A DNA stretch of 64,000 bases from a virus (lineage: Duplodnaviria; Caudoviricetes): IMG/VR virus record IMGVR_UViG_3300006133_000325; one strand, given 5' to 3'. The position numbers and the translations under genes are program-made. The notes beneath the pieces were generated by a model. That model did not search any database and had not been told where the DNA came from. It was given only the letters and a program-made list of their open reading frames with translations. Below are positions 61,459-64,000 of the stretch, piece after piece; positions within the stretch are counted from its first letter, which is position 1; each line of letters begins with the position of its first letter.

Positions 61459-61755
61459 AAAGAGGTGATATTTCCTTTAAACATTCTCTTAAAATTAAAG
61501 TTAGTATAATTAGTTCTTCTATTACTGCTATAGGCACAGGTTTTGAGGATTTTGTTATATTTTGTATAAATATTCACATATAAAAAGATGGTTATTTTCA
61601 ACCTATTATCTTATTAAGTGTATTATAACTAGTGTATCTTCTTCGGGTTTTGCTATATATGTATATCCTGATACAAATACTTATAATGCTATACAAATTA
61701 ATTATGGAAAGCGATATGGTATTGGTTAAGTTTGTTTAAAGAAAGGAAATTTATT

Positions 61756-62022
61756 ATGAAAACATTAATTATATTTGATAATAACGGAACCATCTACTAT
61801 CAAGCCACTGGCGATATCTTGGAACCAGCAGACGGCGTAAATTTTATCTGGGTAGATGTTCCAACAAACTCATATGTAGAATCTATTGATATGAGTTCTG
61901 GTAAACCCGTAGCAGTTATCAAGGAATTTGAACGTCCAAAAGAGGACGCTTTACAAGAACAAATAGATGATATCAATGATGTTTTATTAGACCTAATTCT
62001 TAGCAAAGATATGGAGGTGTAA
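61756..62022 (+). CDS. Putative tail fibre assembly protein
   Basis: MKTLIIFDNNGTIYYQ N-terminus; follows the fibre genes. Confidence 0.55.
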   Translation: MKTLIIFDNNGTIYYQATGDILEPADGVNFIWVDVPTNSYVESIDMSSGKPVAVIKEFERPKEDALQEQIDDINDVLLDLILSKDMEV

Positions 62023-62023
62023 T

Positions 62024-62179
62024 ATGGGGATTATCAAATTTCTGGCAAGTAATATTAAAAAGGGTAAAACCACATACGAGCAAGTTATTCTATCTCGTCC
62101 TGACTTAAAAGATGAATTATATTCTTATCTAATAGAAACTGGTTTAAGCCATTTGATTACAGAAGGTGTCCAGTCATGA
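62024..62179 (+). CDS. Small phage protein (51 aa)
   Basis: GGAGG RBS; translationally coupled to next gene. Confidence 0.55.
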   Translation: MGIIKFLASNIKKGKTTYEQVILSRPDLKDELYSYLIETGLSHLITEGVQS

Positions 62180-62337
62180 AGCAATATAAAATAAGGCATA
62201 ATGCCATGTATTCAGTACTATATTATGGATATCATACTACAAAAGAGATAACAAAAGAAAACCTCCAAGCTGCCGTAAAACGAAGCTGGATTACGGTAGA
62301 CGAGATGGATCTAATTTTGAGGGGAGATGAAGAGTAA
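62176..62337 (+). CDS. XkdX-like small protein (53 aa)
   Basis: AVKRSWITVDEMDLIL; ATGA and TAATG overlaps. Confidence 0.55.
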   Translation: MKQYKIRHNAMYSVLYYGYHTTKEITKENLQAAVKRSWITVDEMDLILRGDEE

Positions 62338-62615
62338 TGTTAAAACTATTCAAAAAAGCTACGAAAAAACCGCTGTCAAAACAAGCAGCTTTTTCTAAAC
62401 GAATTATTCCTATGATTATTGCGGCTATTATGTTGTATACAATCGTCGCTTTTATTTTGCAGTTTGTCGTACAAGTAGAAATTTCTCCTACTCTCACAAC
62501 ATGTTATTTTGGATTTTGGACAGTTGAAATCGTTAGCCTTATGACAATTAAGGTAAGTAAGGTAAAAAACAAATATGAAGACAGTATTGCATCTGAAAGT
62601 GATTTTGAAAATTAA
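62337..62615 (+). CDS. Holin-like two-TM protein
   Basis: Two hydrophobic helices; upstream of the endolysin. Confidence 0.6.
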   Translation: MLKLFKKATKKPLSKQAAFSKRIIPMIIAAIMLYTIVAFILQFVVQVEISPTLTTCYFGFWTVEIVSLMTIKVSKVKNKYEDSIASESDFEN

Positions 62616-62727
62616 TTTTCTTTAAAATGATTCATTTAAAACCTCCTCAAAATAATCATTGCTATTTATAAAAAAACATGATAAACTATTGCTATTATAA
62701 TTAGTTTATAAACACTATGGAGGAATT

Positions 62728-63627
62728 ATGGGAAGCTGGAGTGACATTTTACAAGAAATTCAAGACACACAATCGCAATTTGATTACATAAGGAAAAAAT
62801 ATTTAAAGGAGTTATCAAATTACACAAAAAGAAATGTAATCACCTATTATTCTGGATGGCTTAATAAACAAGGTATTTTCAACGTCAATATTAGCGATGC
62901 TGATATGACTGGTTTTATGAATTGTATAGATGGTATGGATTGTTCTAAAGGTGTTGATTTAATTTTACATACTCCTGGTGGCTCACCAGAGGCGGCTGAA
63001 TCCATAGTAAATTATCTACGAACAAAATTTAACTCGGACATTCGAGTAATTGTTCCTCAACTTGCAATGTCTGCGGGAACAATGATTGCTTGTGCCGCAA
63101 AAGAAATTATTATGGGCAGTCAATCTAGTTTAGGTCCTATTGATCCTCAATATAATGGAATTCCTGCATATAATATTAAAATGGAATTTGAGGAAGCAAA
63201 ACAAGATTTATTAGATAATCCAAACAATGCCCAATATTGGGCTATAAAACTACAGCAATATCCAGCCGCATTTATGAAAACTGCTATTGATGCTATTGAT
63301 CTATCGGGAAAATTATTAGAAGAATGGCTTGGTTCATGTATGTTTAATAAAAATATTCCAGACGACAATAAGATTATCAATACAATTGTATCAAAATTGA
63401 ATGAGCATAAAGACTCTAAAACCCATGGAAGACATCTTGGTGCAACTTTTTGTAAAGAAATTGGCTTAAAGATTGTTATGTTAGAAGATGATGAAGAACT
63501 TCAAGATAAAGTTTTATCTCTTCACCATTCTTACATGATTACTTTTGACGCTACACCAGCCATAAAGATTATTGAAAATCAAGATAAAAAATCAATGATA
63601 TCCACTATTCCACCAACAATGAGGTGA
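62728..63627 (+). CDS. ClpP-class (SDH/S49-like) serine protease
   Basis: LHTPGG, AMSAGTM, LGPIDPQ, THGRH; own promoter TTGCTA-17-TAAACT. Confidence 0.8.
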   Translation: MGSWSDILQEIQDTQSQFDYIRKKYLKELSNYTKRNVITYYSGWLNKQGIFNVNISDADMTGFMNCIDGMDCSKGVDLILHTPGGSPEAAESIVNYLRTKFNSDIRVIVPQLAMSAGTMIACAAKEIIMGSQSSLGPIDPQYNGIPAYNIKMEFEEAKQDLLDNPNNAQYWAIKLQQYPAAFMKTAIDAIDLSGKLLEEWLGSCMFNKNIPDDNKIINTIVSKLNEHKDSKTHGRHLGATFCKEIGLKIVMLEDDEELQDKVLSLHHSYMITFDATPAIKIIENQDKKSMISTIPPTMR

Positions 63628-63632
63628 TTATA

Positions 63633-63827
63633 ATGAAAACTATAACAACAGAAGAAATATTAGCACTATATAAAAAATGTGATCTTGACTCTTCGTCAAA
63701 CTTCGCTATACGAACGATGATAAACACAGGTAATTTATCGAATCAATTAAATACTAATTATGAATTCTTTAACAAAAATATTATGCAAATAAATAATGCT
63801 ATTCCTAGACGAAATAACCAAGAATAA
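63633..63827 (+). CDS. Small hypothetical protein paired with the protease
   Basis: GAGGTG RBS overlapping the protease stop; followed by terminator 63864-63891. Confidence 0.55.
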   Translation: MKTITTEEILALYKKCDLDSSSNFAIRTMINTGNLSNQLNTNYEFFNKNIMQINNAIPRRNNQE

Positions 63828-63914
63828 AACACATAAAAGAATGTACTAAAAATTATAAGTCTCAAAAAGAGGTCTCTATGACCTCTTTTTTGTTTGCAAA
63901 AAAGGAGGTAAATT

Positions 63915-64000
63915 ATGGCATATACATTCAACACTCTTCTGTCCCATCCATCTAATTATGGTGGAAAACGGCAAACCAAAAATATCAAATATATTGTAAT
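63915..64000 (+). CDS. Endolysin (amidase), 5' fragment
   Basis: AGGAGG RBS; MAYTFNTLLSHPSNYGGKRQTKNIKYIV resembles an Amidase_2 N-terminus. Confidence 0.65.
   Translation, partial: MAYTFNTLLSHPSNYGGKRQTKNIKYIV

Noticed and set aside
44676-61729. Diversity-generating retroelement or shufflon acting on fibres
   Set aside because: No reverse transcriptase, no template/variable repeat pair and no invertase seen in the window
824-63380. Numerous short antisense or nested ORFs in the track
   Set aside because: Shadows of long genes with no RBS or recognisable motifs

Overview
This low-GC window is the virion morphogenesis and lysis region of a large SPbeta-like siphophage or prophage of a Firmicutes (Clostridia/Lachnospiraceae-type) host. 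Gene order: portal, head protease/scaffold, capsid, head-tail genes, tail tube, holins, RecU, tape measure protein (TMP), Dit, Tal, BppU/tail-fibre cluster, holin, start of the endolysin. The main result is that the three apparent TMP ORFs read as three exons (16920-19433, 20478-21029, 32780-38389; 2891 aa spliced, both junctions in frame) separated by two predicted group I introns. Intron 1 (19434-20477, 1044 nt) carries a PBECR-type nuclease and a separately promoted cloverleaf RNA instead of a homing endonuclease. Intron 2 (21030-32779, 11,750 nt) has its ribozyme core in the first ~480 nt and its P9.0/omega-G/P10 elements 11.3 kb downstream. Between them lies a defence-like island: DUF262, a two-gene restriction-endonuclease-like pair, an R-M system, an IS200/IS605 element and two antisense lipoproteins. 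Other self-promoted morons lie between structural genes: a DAC-like cyclase plus HEXXH protein, DUF3800 plus a repeat RNA, Rpn with an internal start, an exported Ig protein with a TMP-like segment, and a ClpP-class protease. Two apparently identical IS200/IS605 copies and several mini-elements are present. All assignments come from reading motifs and base pairing by eye; no searches were run and splicing is predicted, not demonstrated.
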